Positions 49,403 through 61,174 of a stretch of 61,174 nt of DNA are shown piece after piece (within the stretch, counting starts at the first letter, position 1; the number at the start of each line of letters is the position of its first letter). Source of the DNA: Octopus bimaculoides. Taxonomy: Eukaryota. The stretch covers positions 22,854,202 through 22,915,375 of the forward strand of contig NC_068999.1 in the NCBI RefSeq assembly GCF_001194135.2, in the 5' to 3' direction. The notes below the pieces were generated by a model. It ran no database searches, had not been told where the DNA came from, and was given only the letters and a program-made list of their open reading frames with translations. A program made the position numbers and the translations under genes.

Positions 49403-50916
49403 GTATAATTCATTTATATATACTTTTTAAAATTTAGTTATTGCTTTTATCGATATTCCAAACCATTCTTCAAACCTTTCTTATGTTTGTTTCAACATAG
49501 TGTGTAAGAGTATTATTTTATTGAAGACAAGGAAATTGTCAACGAAAATATTGTATGTATTATATACATGTATGATTAACTAATCCAAGAAAAGGTATTT
49601 ATTTATATTTCTACCAATTTCTCCGTATGTGAGTGTGTATGATTGCGTATGTAAGCATACTGCATGTAATTAAAACTTTACGCTTCTGATCTATGATTTT
49701 ACGAGATATGTGCATGTACTTATATATGTATATATATGCGTATATATATGTATATATGCATGTATATATATAGTTGTATATCTGCATATATATGTGTGTG
49801 TGTCTATATACAAGTACATATATGTATTTATACATACATATGTTCATATATAAAGGCATGTTTATTTATATAAATATACATACATATATATATATACACA
49901 TATATACACATATATATATATATNNNNNNNNNNNNNNNNNNNNNNNNNNNNNNNNNNNNNNNNNNNNNNNNNNNNNNNNNNNNNNNNNNNNNNNNNNNNN
50001 NNNNNNNNNNNNNNNNNNNNNNNNNNNNNNNNNNNNNNNNNNNNNNNNNNNNNNNNNNNNNNNNNNNNNNNNNNNNNNNNNNNNNNNNNNNNNNNNNNNN
50101 NNNNNNNNNNNNNNNNNNNNNNNNNNNNNNNNNNNNNNNNNNNNNNNNNNNNNNNNNNNNNNNNNNNNNNNNNNNNNNNNNNNNNNNNNNNNNNNNNNNN
50201 NNNNNNNNNNNNNNNNNNNNNNNNNNNNNNNNNNNNNNNNNNNNNNNNNNNNNNNNNNNNNNNNNNNNNNNNNNNNNNNNNNNNNNNNNNNNNNNNNNNN
50301 NNNNNNNNNNNNNNNNNNNNNNNNNNNNNNNNNNNNNNNNNNNNNNNNNNNNNNNNNNNNNNNNNNNNNNNNNNNNNNNNNNNNNNNNNNNNNNNNNNNN
50401 NNNNNNNNNNNNNNNNNNNNNNNNNNNNNNNNNNNNNNNNNNNNNNNNNNNNNNNNNNNNNNNNNNNNNNNNNNNNNNNNNNNNNNNNNNNNNNNNNNNN
50501 NNNNNNNNNNNNNNNNNNNNNNNNNNNNNNNNNNNNNNNNNNNNNNNNNNNNNNNNNNNNNNNNNNNNNNNNNNNNNNNNNNNNNNNNNNNNNNNNNNNN
50601 NNNNNNNNNNNNNNNNNNNNNNNNNNNNTATGTATGCATATATATATATACAGTGGCCTACAATATTTTATAGCCAGGATAATAAAATGCAAATTCAATT
50701 CAGCGTAATAACTACGAGAGAAATTATTAAAAATTAATGAATTTACGGTTTTCATTCGGTTAGGCATACTTGATTAAATTGTTAAAGATAAACTAATCTA
50801 TGTTAATCTACATTTCGGTCAAAACTTCTTCAATCCCTGTAACTGATATAAATTTTGAAGCTTTTGCATGTAACCTTATATCAAGGTGTTCCTCTATATC
50901 CTGTATTGGATACAAG

Positions 50917-51080
50917 CAATGGCATATCTAAAGTGTATGCCACTCGAGGCAGCCTTTGAGTTTCCAGCTCACGCCTCCCGCCCCATATAAAGACTTACAC
51001 AGCAGACACAAGTGTGCCTTCTCCACGAAAACGCTACCCAGGGCGGACAACCTGCATTGCTCCCCTTAGCTATGCTACTG
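50917..51080. mobile_element. Possible small hAT-like MITE
   Basis: CAATGGCATATCTAAAGTG compared with the reverse complement of the right end, CAGTAGCATAGCTAAGGGG (14/19). No TSD is visible. Confidence 0.3.
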
Positions 51081-51265
51081 TTCAAATGCGAGGTTTAGGC
51101 AACGCATTTCAGTGATTCGTTTCCATGAATTATATTTCAAGCTTGTGATACTTTGTTGGTATGACCTGGAGTGATATCTTCTAGAAAATGAATGGTCTTA
51201 AGTGAAATAGATGGGATGTAGACCTTTTTCAAATATTTGACATTATTTGGTGGAGGGGGATATTG

Positions 51266-51443
51266 AATCGTCAGCACGCCGGGCAAAATACGTGGCGGTA
51301 TTTCGTCCGTTTTTACATTCAGAGTTCAAATTTCACCGAGGTCGACTATCGGGGTCGATAAAATAAGTACCAGTTGAACACTAGAGTCGATGTAATTGAC
51401 TTACCCTCTCTAAAGTTGCTGGCCTTGTGCCAAAATTTGAAAC
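51266..51443 (+). mobile_element. SINE-B (head truncated), SLC22 intron 2
   Basis: Matches the consensus and ends in the CCTTGTGCCAAAATTTGAAAC tail. Confidence 0.88.
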
Positions 51444-51915
51444 CTGTATTTATTAATGGCGATGCTCAGCATGGCCATAACCTTCGATAACAGAATAATA
51501 GAATAGAATAACTCTTCTCTTTGCTGCATTCTTTGACCACTAGGAAGCTTTTTGTGACATCTGAGAAACCTTCACTCGGCAATATCTTTCTGAAATCACA
51601 TTCTCAAATATCATATTCACTGTTAGATGAGTAGTGAATGAAATCTTTAATTATTCTTCAATAAAAATCTGCACCTTGACAACAGGCAGCAACTTGGATG
51701 CTGGAAAATATTTTACATTGCTATCTCTTTTGCCCAATTAGTATATGTTGTTGTGTATGATCAAATTAAAGTTACAATTAATGCAAGAAGATTAATTCCT
51801 ATACGTAGCTGCAACAAAAAAGAGAAAACGTGTCTAATTAGAAGCGAAAGTAAAAAGGCAGCTGATTGCTATAAACATTTCATAGGCCATTGTGTATGTG
51901 AATGTGTGTATATAC

Positions 51916-51960
<45 letters not shown>

Positions 51961-52122
51961 TATATATATGTATATACATATATGCGTATATATATGTATA
52001 TATACATATATACATATATATATATATGCATATCTATATTTATATCTATATAAATGTTTCTTTGTTTATATACATACACACGCACATATATACATACATG
52101 GATATTGATATAAAGTTATGTA

Positions 52123-52157
<35 letters not shown>

Positions 52158-52786
52158 CTTAAACGAATTTATATATATANNNNNNNNNNNNNNNNNNNNN
52201 NNNNNNNNNNNNNNNNNNNNNNNNNNNNNNNNNNNNNNNNNNNNNNNNNNNNNNNNNNNNNNNNNNNNNNNNNNNNNNNNNNNNNNNNNNNNNNNNNNNN
52301 NNNNNNNNNNNNNNNNNNNNNNNNNNNNNNNNNNNNNNNNNNNNNNNNNNNNNNNNNNNNNNNNNNNNNNNNNNNNNNNNNNNNNNNNNNNNNNNNNNNN
52401 NNNNNNNNNNNNNNNNNNNNNNNNNNNNNNNNNNNNNNNNNNNNNNNNNNNNNNNNNNNNNNNNNNNNNNNNNNNNNNNNNNNNNNNNNNNNNNNNNNNN
52501 NNNNNNNNNNNNNNNNNNNNNNNNNNNNNNNNNNNNNNNNNNNNNNNNNNNNNNNNNNNNNNNNNNNNNNNNNNNNNNNNNNNNNNNNNNNNNNNNNNNN
52601 NNNNNNNNNNNNNNNNNNNNNNNNNNNNNNNNNNNNNNNNNNNNNNNNNNNNNNNNNNNNNNNNNNNNNNNNNNNNNNNNNNNNNNNNNNNNNNNNNNNN
52701 NNNNNNNNNNNNNNNNNNNNNNNNNNNNNNNNNNNNNNNNNNNNNNNNNNNNNNNNNNNNNNNNNNNNNNNNNNNNNNNNNNNNNN

Positions 52787-52824
<38 letters not shown>

Positions 52825-54254
52825 ATTATTTTATGTATATTTATGTATTTCATACATGTATAGTATTTTTTGACATGTGTAAAAACTACCCGAAACATCT
52901 GACGCTGACAAGTTTTACTTCTGTTATATTCACTACTTTTATTGATGTAAACCTTCCTCCCTTACAGCTAGAACCTATTTTTAGTCGACTTATCCTTATC
53001 TCCGTAGAAAATATCCTGACACCAACCAAAAACTTTTGAATATAACTATGTCGACGTAAGTTATGTCGAGTTCTACTTTTTGACTCCTAGATTTCATCCT
53101 TTACCAGAATGAATACTGCGACCCAGTATTCGGTGTCTTTTGCGGAGTGGCTATGATGCTTTTGTCCGTTTTTCTCATCAACGTTAGAAGTTATAAAAGG
53201 CCATATGTGTACCGTTCCTCCTCTGGCTAATTTTAAAAAAGAACAAAAGAAATACCATACATATTCTGGTAGATACCGTCTTCAGTTTCTCTGTTACTTT
53301 CCATCAAAGTTCGACAAATGACTATGTCGCTTGCAGTATTTATACAAATAACTTTTCTCTTTACCAAAATTGTACTATTATTACATAGAACTCCATTACA
53401 CATATGCATTACAAAGTTCATTATCATACTGAAACACCATACCTACTTACCTGATGGTGTGAAACAGATTAATTACAATGGCTAGTTCTTGTGTTTTCAC
53501 GCTGAGATGAAATCTAAATGAGCAGAACATATCCCTTTGTTGCTAGAATGATGAGGTTTAAATGACGCAATGGAATCCAAAGCAGACGATACTGATACCA
53601 TCATTTGACTTTTATACACATGTATCAGAAATGCATAACTATATACATAAAACTGTTAATAATGATACGTATTTACGTATAAATATGTAAATGTGTGTCT
53701 GCATGTCTGCATACTAATCTGCATGCGAATGTGAAGAACAAATTAGTCTTTACTAACTTTAAAGAATATGGATAACTATAAACATATATATATTATATAC
53801 ATAGAATTACATTATATGTATATATAACATTATATATATAGATATATATATAACATTATATACATGTGTGTATTTATATATATATATATGTATATTTATA
53901 TATGTGTGTCACACGAGTGTGCATGAAAGTGCGTGTGAATGCGAATTAATGTTTTTTTTATTTCCTTTTATACTTGCAGATGATTCTTCAACAGATCGTT
54001 AAACTGCCAATCTTGGTTTCATTTGTCTCAGGTATTTCAGGTCTTCACGACAGTGATGACAAACAACGATATATATATTTATATATATATATATATAAAT
54101 AAAATAATCACATAATATCTTATAATTTCACGAATCGCTTATATCGTTCAGTGTGTTGAGAAACATTAATGGGGAGACGCTCGGGTTACTTTAGCTTATC
54201 ATTGTTTTATTTTATGTATATTATGATCGATATACCTGATCATTTGTTATATCT

Positions 54255-54695
54255 TCTTATTCGGCTGTCCGTCGTAATTCGACGTTGATTGTTCTTGTTC
54301 AGTAATGATCTATGGCAGGTTTGCATGTGGGCTACCAGGCCTATTTTTGATCTGACGCAACGATGACATTTGGTGCAGGTGAAACTACTTGATGCAACAG
54401 AGAAGCGATGCCTCATGTTCTCTTTCGTATTATCTCTGTTGTTTCTCCTCTATGGCTGGAATCGCGAGCTTCAGCATCGGTACCATTTATCGCGTTGCAG
54501 GCTCTTCTCCTCCCAGATGTCTGGGAAGATGTCAGAGATCTTCACATGGCTCTTCAGCACATCCCTCTATCACAACCTCTGGAAACCACGGCTCCGTCTA
54601 CCCTGACACAGGTCAGCATAGAAAAGTGCCTTCAGGAGCCTGTCACCACTCCCATCCTGCAAACATGCCATGCCCATTGCAGCTGCGATTAGGTA
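54255..54695 (-). mobile_element. RTE (BovB-like) LINE 3' end
   Basis: QLQWAWHVCRM..DRLLKALFYADLCQGRRSRG..RDVLKSHVK..WEEKSLQRDKW, then the C2H2-like CTKCHRCVRSKIGLVAHMQTC. Confidence 0.8.
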
Positions 54696-55025
54696 ATGAA
54701 GGTCCGTCACAATAATGATGACAAACAACGATACACGCGCACACACACACACACACACACGCACACACACACACACACACAGAGAGAAAAAAACTTGGCA
54801 GATGATCTCTACCAAAAGTTCTTTTGAAATGTAATTAGTTTTGTGGTTATCACAATTTCGTAAAAATGATTTCATACAGTTTTTAAATATTAAAATATGC
54901 CAAATGAATTTGATGAGCTTACTTCAAACGAAAACCATAATATTGCTGAAGAATTTGCAATATTTTTAGAAAATACATTGAGTCAATTTCACAAGTGATT
55001 TGATGATGTTAATATTTCTTCCTGT

Positions 55026-55239
55026 AAAGGCGGTGAGCTGGCAGAATCGTAAGCACGCCGGACAGCATGCTTAATAATATTTCGTCCGTCTTTACGTTCT
55101 GAGTTCAAATTCCGCAGAGGTCGACTTTACCTTTCATCCTTTCGGAGTCACTAAAATAAGTACCAATTCAACACTGGAGTCGATGTAATCGACTTACTCC
55201 CTCCCCGAAATTGCTGACCTTGTCCCAAAATTTGAAACC
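55026..55239 (+). mobile_element. SINE-B, full length
   Basis: TSD AATATTTC(T/C)T(C/T)CTG at 55011-55024 and 55240-55253. Confidence 0.92.
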
Positions 55240-55701
55240 AATATTTCCTTCTGAAATAGATCGTTTTTTCCCCCCTCTAGTTGGCTTTTCTATTCGTTGG
55301 AAAGCTTAATTTAATATTGCTGACTTTACAGCTACAATTAATTGATTTTACAAAGCGATATTGTTTTACAATCGCACCAAAACAGTGATATGTGGAGATT
55401 ATTGAATTCTAACAAGTGTCCACAATTCAAGACCATCGAATATCTCATATTTTGGAAATTAAATTTGTGTATCACAAGAATCGTATTGCATCTAAATGTA
55501 AAAATGTTACTAACAATGCTCTCGATGTGTTTAGCTATTAGTAATTGAGGATCTGATTACATCAAAAATGGTGGAGATGCACAATATCAAGTGTCACAGA
55601 TTTCTCACTATATTCCTTCGCTTATTAATATTTGGGAACATTTTTTTTTGTGTAACACACACATAAATCTTGGTGGCTGTTGATCACCATGCAAATTTTT
55701 A

Positions 55702-55880
55702 AAGGTTGAACATGCCTGAAAATTTCTAAAGGTTGGATATGCCTGAAAATTTCTAAAGGTTGGATATGCCTGAAAATTTCTGAAGGCTGGACATGCTTGA
55801 AAATTTCTAAAGACTTGATATGCCTAAAAATTTCTAAAGACTGACTATGCCTAAAAATTTCTAAAAGCTAGACATGCCTG
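55702..55880. repeat. 27-bp minisatellite, about 6.5 copies
   Basis: Unit AAGGTTGGATATGCCTGAAAATTTCTA, increasingly divergent to the right. Confidence 0.92.
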
Positions 55881-56302
55881 CTTGGTGTGGCCATTTCACT
55901 TGCTTGAAATAGTGGCCAAAGCTCTCTCAAATCTCACACAGCATTCTTTTTTTTTAAAAAGGAATACTTTGCACATTGGTAAAACAAGGTGACTGCTTTT
56001 AGATATTTCGTTGACTAATGAACAACAGCAATTGAATTCTACGTAGACACCAATCCATTTGAAAGCGACGAGTGCTATGAAATTGTCAGAAACACTAGAG
56101 ACTGTTTGTTAGATGTTTTCAGAAGTAAATAGTTTTAAGGGTACAAAGAAAAATGAAGAACGTAAATGAAAGAAAATCATAACCGTCTGATTATAATGTA
56201 TGTATGTATTATGTACATATGAGAGGATGGGCGGTATGTGTATGTGTGCGCGCGTGTGTGTGTATATAGAGAGATAGATAACTATATGTATAATATACAT
56301 AC

Positions 56303-56360
<58 letters not shown>

Positions 56361-56373
56361 TGATCAAAACCTC

Positions 56374-56697
56374 GTGAGTGGATTTGGTAGATGGAAACTA
56401 AAAGAACCTCGTCGTATGTTTATATATATGTATGTGTGTGTGTTGTGTGTGTGTGTGTTTATGTTGTGTGTGTCTTTGTGTATGTGTTTGACCCCCCTGT
56501 TGTTTGACAACCAATGGCGGTGTGTTAACGTCCCAGTCGTCTAGCGGTTCGGTCAAACAGACCGATAGAATAAGTACTGGGCTTACAAAGAATAAGTCCT
56601 GGGGTCAATTTCTTTACCCAAAGAACCCCTTAAGGCAGTGCTCCATCATGGCTGCAGTCAAATGACTGAAACAAGTTAAAGAATAAAAGAATATATA
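56374..56697 (+). mobile_element. SINE-A, 5'-truncated
   Basis: Matches the consensus from GTGAGTGGATTTGG to the tail. Confidence 0.85.
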
Positions 56698-57419
56698 TAA
56701 TCTGTTAATCATTTATTTGTCATTTGACTGAGTAAATCCATGAAAAGAATTGTATTAAATAACTAAAAATTTAATTAAAAAAACGATACTTTACACAGGC
56801 CACAGAACCTTGTTAACCACCATTGCAGCATAACTCTGTGAGAAAAAGTGACTTTTACACATACATAAATACATACATACATACATACATATACTGACTT
56901 CCATACATGTACATATACATGCATACACACACATATACATGTAGATGGAGCTTTCGTTGTCTTGATGATGAGTATTGAGTTGTTGCTTTTACAGTCTCCT
57001 TCAGTTTGAATTTGTTTTTCCTGGCAGAAGTGAGCATCTATTTTATGTTTTATATCATTTACACGCAGTTCATTCTGTTTCATAGGTATTGGTTATGTAG
57101 CAGCCTTTTCTGAGTTAGAAAGGTAATAGGAAACATGAACAACTTCCTTTTAAACTGATTTTTGACAATCAATAGTCCCCTCCTGTCTTCTGAATTTGGT
57201 ATCTTTAATCGATGGTTTTCAAACTTGTTTTGTCAGAATACTTCTAGTGTTAGAGTCTGTTGTATCCAGATCTGTTCTGTTCCAGTCCAATACCAAATGT
57301 TATGGCGGTTACTAAAATGTATCCTGCTACGGAAATGAGTTCAACATATATTTGACAAAACATTTCCCATTCGCCTTTTCTTACCTTTCGCGTGCGCGCA
57401 CACACACACACACACATCG

Positions 57420-57775
57420 AAAGCTCTCAACTGATGCAAATTGGTTTGTCATTCACCCACTCTATGATATATTGCATAAAGTGAACGTTGTTCTAGATGT
57501 ATCCTGGCTTCGATCGCGCAGGTCCGCCTTTTCCCAACAAGAATATTGATGACAAGTAGACACCTTGGCTAAAATCTTCAATTCTGTCTTCAGCAGAGTT
57601 GTTGGCCAGAAATTGTCAATGATGTCCTAAACTTTATTCACGTCCATCTTCAGCAGCGTCACAATTCACCGGTTCACTCTCTCCCCGTTCTGCTTCCATT
57701 TGGAGAAATCTTCTGACAAGACACTAGGAAACAAGTCTGGCATATGTATACGAAAACTTCATATGGCAGACCTCA
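57420..57775 (-). mobile_element. L1/Tx1-clade reverse transcriptase fragment
   Basis: IVTLLKMDVNK..IDNFWPTTLLKTELKILAKV...PGYI*NNVHFM...RAFD resembles NxRPITLLNxDxKILAK...GRxIxDN...KAFD. Confidence 0.7.
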
Positions 57776-58223
57776 CAAGGGTGGCGTGAACTTGTGTATA
57801 TTTTATCAGATACAGACTAAACTTTATTCATAGCTATTTTTCGCTATACCTGGAACGTGGGATGAGCATTTTCAGCAGATGTAATTACACTATATAGCAA
57901 GAAGTCTACTTTAATTAACTTAATAACAAAATGCAATTTCGCATTTAACAATACATTTTATCCTTCGTCCTAAGTCTTCTTTCTATTTCTAGTTTTGTTG
58001 GTTAATAATATATGCAAATCCACACACACACACGCGCGCGCGCGCGTGCGCACACACACACACAGAGACAAACGAACAAACAAAACTTATCCACGTATAA
58101 CAAAACTCATTGTGATCCTGTTAATGCTCACTCATTTGCAAAACGCTCGCTCATGCGCGCACGTGTGTATGTCTATCAGCGTGGTATGTGTAGAGACTGG
58201 TGCGTCTGTGTGTTTTGTTATTG

Positions 58224-59095
58224 TTACTTAGCACCAATCCGGCCCTGAGGAAGCATACATAAGATCAAAGATATTCTGGTCATGACTATTCCTTCTTATT
58301 TTAAGAATTTTTTTTTATCAATGACTGCATTATCCAACGTGTCCTTCCTATATTTTATGAGTGTAAGGAGTGATTTGAAGCGAAATTAGGTTTATATTTC
58401 CAGCAAGTTGAACGATAACGTAGGTGCTGCGTCATGTGTGTGCTGTTGTTGTTTGGCTCCAGTTATGGCTTAAACGAGCAGATATATAATCAAACGTGTT
58501 CTAACTATGACCATCTCGTCTTTTCGAATATCATGTACTAGACTGCCTAATGTGTCCTATCTTTGTTAGATGGTAGAGTATATTTGAGAGAATTTGGCTT
58601 CTATTTCTAGCTGTAACGAACATGTAGAAGGGTCTGTTGAGTATTAAGTAGTGATGTTGATAGTGCTTTATGTATTTGTATATAAATTGTGTTATTATTA
58701 TTGTTGTTGATTAAGGCGGCAGAAGCATTATCATGCCAAACGAAATGCTTTGCAGCATTTCGTCCGTCTTTATGTTCTGCACTCAAATTCCGCTGAGGTC
58801 GGACTTTTACTCTTTCGGAGTCGACAAAATAAGTACCAATCAATTAATGGGGTCTGTGTAATCGACTTACCCTTCCCCTTAAAAACTGCTGGCCCAGTGC
58901 CAAAATTTGAAACTATTATTGTAGGCACCAGATCAGTGTGATAAAACTATATGACCTCCTCTCCTTTTTTCCCTAACGTATTGCACCTTAGATCACATTA
59001 TCTAATGTATTCTTTCCTTAAGTATGTATGATGGAATTTGAGGGAGATTTAGCTGTCAATTCTTTCAAATCGAATGACCCCATAAAAGACTCGGT
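58224..59095 (+). repeat. Cluster of an old interspersed repeat (family F); other copies at about 6461-6530, 26874-26950, 40655-40850 and 43575-43860
   Basis: Recurrent degenerate motifs GAGCAGACCTATGATCAAAG..TTCCAGCCGTGACCATC and TTTGAGGGAGATTTGGCT.CTATTTC. Confidence 0.55.
58713..58914 (+). mobile_element. SINE-B
   Basis: Matches the consensus, with TATTATTGT on both sides. Confidence 0.85.
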
Positions 59096-60121
59096 GATAA
59101 TTATGTTACATTGCATTTGTGTTTGTTGGTGTTGGTATGTATATCTGTGTGTGTATATGAGGTGTGGTTTGTGTGTGCTGTGATGTGACGTGCTTGCGTA
59201 GAGATTGGTGGGGTGTAGTTTAATATATTCGTGTGTTCATTTGTTGTTTATTTATTGTCAACGTTGTTCTAATTTGCATTTTCATGGTTCATGGGTACTA
59301 ACCTGGTAGTGATAGTGAATATAGCAACCTCTTAAAACCAATTGAAATTACATGTGAATATCTATAATGTTAGGTTTATAGACCAAAATTCTTGAACAGG
59401 GCGCAAGAATATGGCTAAAAAGAAATTTAATATTTGATATTAAATAGCCAAATAATTATATAACAAAGAATTGAATAATACAGATTTCCAAATCATAATA
59501 TTTGTTTAAACAAATTGTTTGCGATGAAAATGTTCAAACAAATATAACAGATATGACAGAGATATGACAGAAATTAGAGGAACAATGATTCGATATCCAT
59601 CAACTGTTATGTACGGCTAATGTTCACATCCAGGCGTTTCATCGAAAGTTTTGTAGTCTTCTTGATACTTTATCACAAAAGGTAAATTTTTCGAATTGAA
59701 GAACTATGGGAAAAATTATGTCAAAACTAACACAATAAACCTTGAAGATACCAGGTACTGTTCACGTGTAGATGTGCGTGTTAACTCTAGGATTACCTAT
59801 AACGATGTTTACAAAGTGAGAATTTTGTTATACATATATATTTTTTGTTTTGTTTTTAATTTGTTTCATCAGTTGTCAGCAATAATCCAAGCTATTTTCA
59901 GCTACCCGGTGCATGAAGACTTGCATGAACCTTCATAGCAAACAAAGAACAGTTTATATTTAATCTGACATCTCTTTTTCTAGCCAAAACGATAATGCTA
60001 TTTCGTGGTTTTGAAATATAAATGATATTTTTTCACTAAAAATAGCTCAATTACAACTCAGTCATGACTGTTGTAAACACACACACACAGATACATACAT
60101 ACATACATACATACATACATA

Positions 60122-60708
60122 CAGGGTGCAGTGAATAAACTGTCGTCTAAATTACGCAAAAATGAAAATAACACTGAGTTCTCATTTTAACAGATATATT
60201 TACCAAAATTACATAAAAATATCTTGAAATACTGAAGAGTAAATTTATTCAATAAAATCGCCATTGGCTTCAACCACGGCCTCCAGACGATTTCGTAATC
60301 TCCTGCAACTCTTCAGGATGGTTTCCTTGTTTAAGTTGGTGAATGCTACCATAATCCTTGCCTTCAGTTCATCTTTGGTGTTACAAGGAGTTTTGTTGGT
60401 CCCACACATAATAATCAAGAGGATTGCAGTCTGAGGAGATATGTGGCCAGATGTTAGGCGTGATGTAGTTGCAGAAATTGTCTGATAGCCATGGCTGGGT
60501 TCTCCTGCTTGTGTGGCATGGTGCAGAGTCCTGTTGTCAGACATAGGGTCTTCCGGCAGCTACCCTCTTGACCCAGGACAGCATTACTTCCACCAGGCAC
60601 TTGATGTAGGCCTCCGTGTTGAGTCTGAGGCCGTGTGGGAAGATGAATGGAGGTGTAACATCGCCATCACTAGTGATCACTCCAAACACCATGATGTTGA
60701 TTGGATGT
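60122..60708 (-). mobile_element. maT/DD37D-type Tc1/mariner 3' half with TIR
   Basis: TA followed by a CAGGGTG terminus. Reads NIMVFGVITSDGDVTPPFIFPHGLRLNTEAYIKCL...PYV*QDSAPCHTSRRTQ...TNKTPCNTKDELKARI...RLEAVVEANGDFIE*. Confidence 0.88.
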
Positions 60709-61000
60709 AAAATTAATGTGTAAGTGGTTGAGCACTCCACAGATACGTGTGCCTTTAAGGTAGTTCTCGGGGAGATTCAGTGTGACACAGAGTGTGACAA
60801 GGCCGGTCCTTTGAAATACAGGTACAACAGAAACAGGAAGAAAGAGCGAAAGTTGTGGTGAAAGAGTACAGCAGGGTTCACCACCCCACTCTTGCCAGAG
60901 TCTCGTGGAGCTTTAGCTGCTTTCGCTCAATAAACACTCACAACGCCCGGACTGAGAATCGAAACTGCGATCCTACGACCGCGAGTCCGCGGCCCTAACA
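60709..61000 (-). mobile_element. SINE-C, both ends clipped, abutting the maT element
   Basis: Homologous to 10311-10695. Confidence 0.88.
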
Positions 61001-61067
61001 CACGCGCGCGCGCACATATATATAATCAAAATAGGCAACAGTATATCACCTAAATCGCAATTATTTC

Positions 61068-61110
<43 letters not shown>

Positions 61111-61174
61111 AGATATATATATATATATATCTATATATCTATATCGATATCTATCTATCTATCTATCTATCTAT

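Noticed and set aside
53091-53230. Acceptor-preceded frame FILYQNEYCDPVFGVFCGVAMMLLSVFLINVRSYKRP, loosely like SLC22 exon 3
   Set aside because: It is in the wrong phase for exon 2, lacks the (W/F)DLVC motif and correct spacing to DRxGRR, and ends in a stop.

Overview
AT-rich, microsatellite-dense animal genomic DNA with 8 assembly gaps. It is very probably an octopus (coleoid cephalopod), inferred from the SINE families and repeat composition. The only host gene I can support is the 5' part of an SLC22-family organic cation/anion transporter on the + strand. Coding exon 1 is 37446-37588 and coding exon 2 is 49156-49402; they splice in frame across an 11.6-kb intron, and later exons were not found in the window. 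The ORF track misses both exons. The rest is transposon debris: several tRNA-derived SINE families (labelled A-E here), R4/Dong, RTE, CR1, L1/Tx1 and Penelope retroelement fragments, mariner and maT-type Tc1/mariner remnants, a MITE and a probable hAT relic. The most interesting signals concern retrotransposition mechanism. SINE-B copies stack at (AAT)n or AATATT targets and re-use the same site. SINE-B and Dong LINEs sit in opposite polarity on TAA repeats. One fold-back SINE has two outward-facing 3' ends, and one RTE insertion has a twin-priming-like inversion. SINE orientation also flips across SLC22 exon 2, which could favour dsRNA, editing or back-splicing. I found no evidence of a novel multi-gene system. 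All family assignments come from motif recognition, not database searches.
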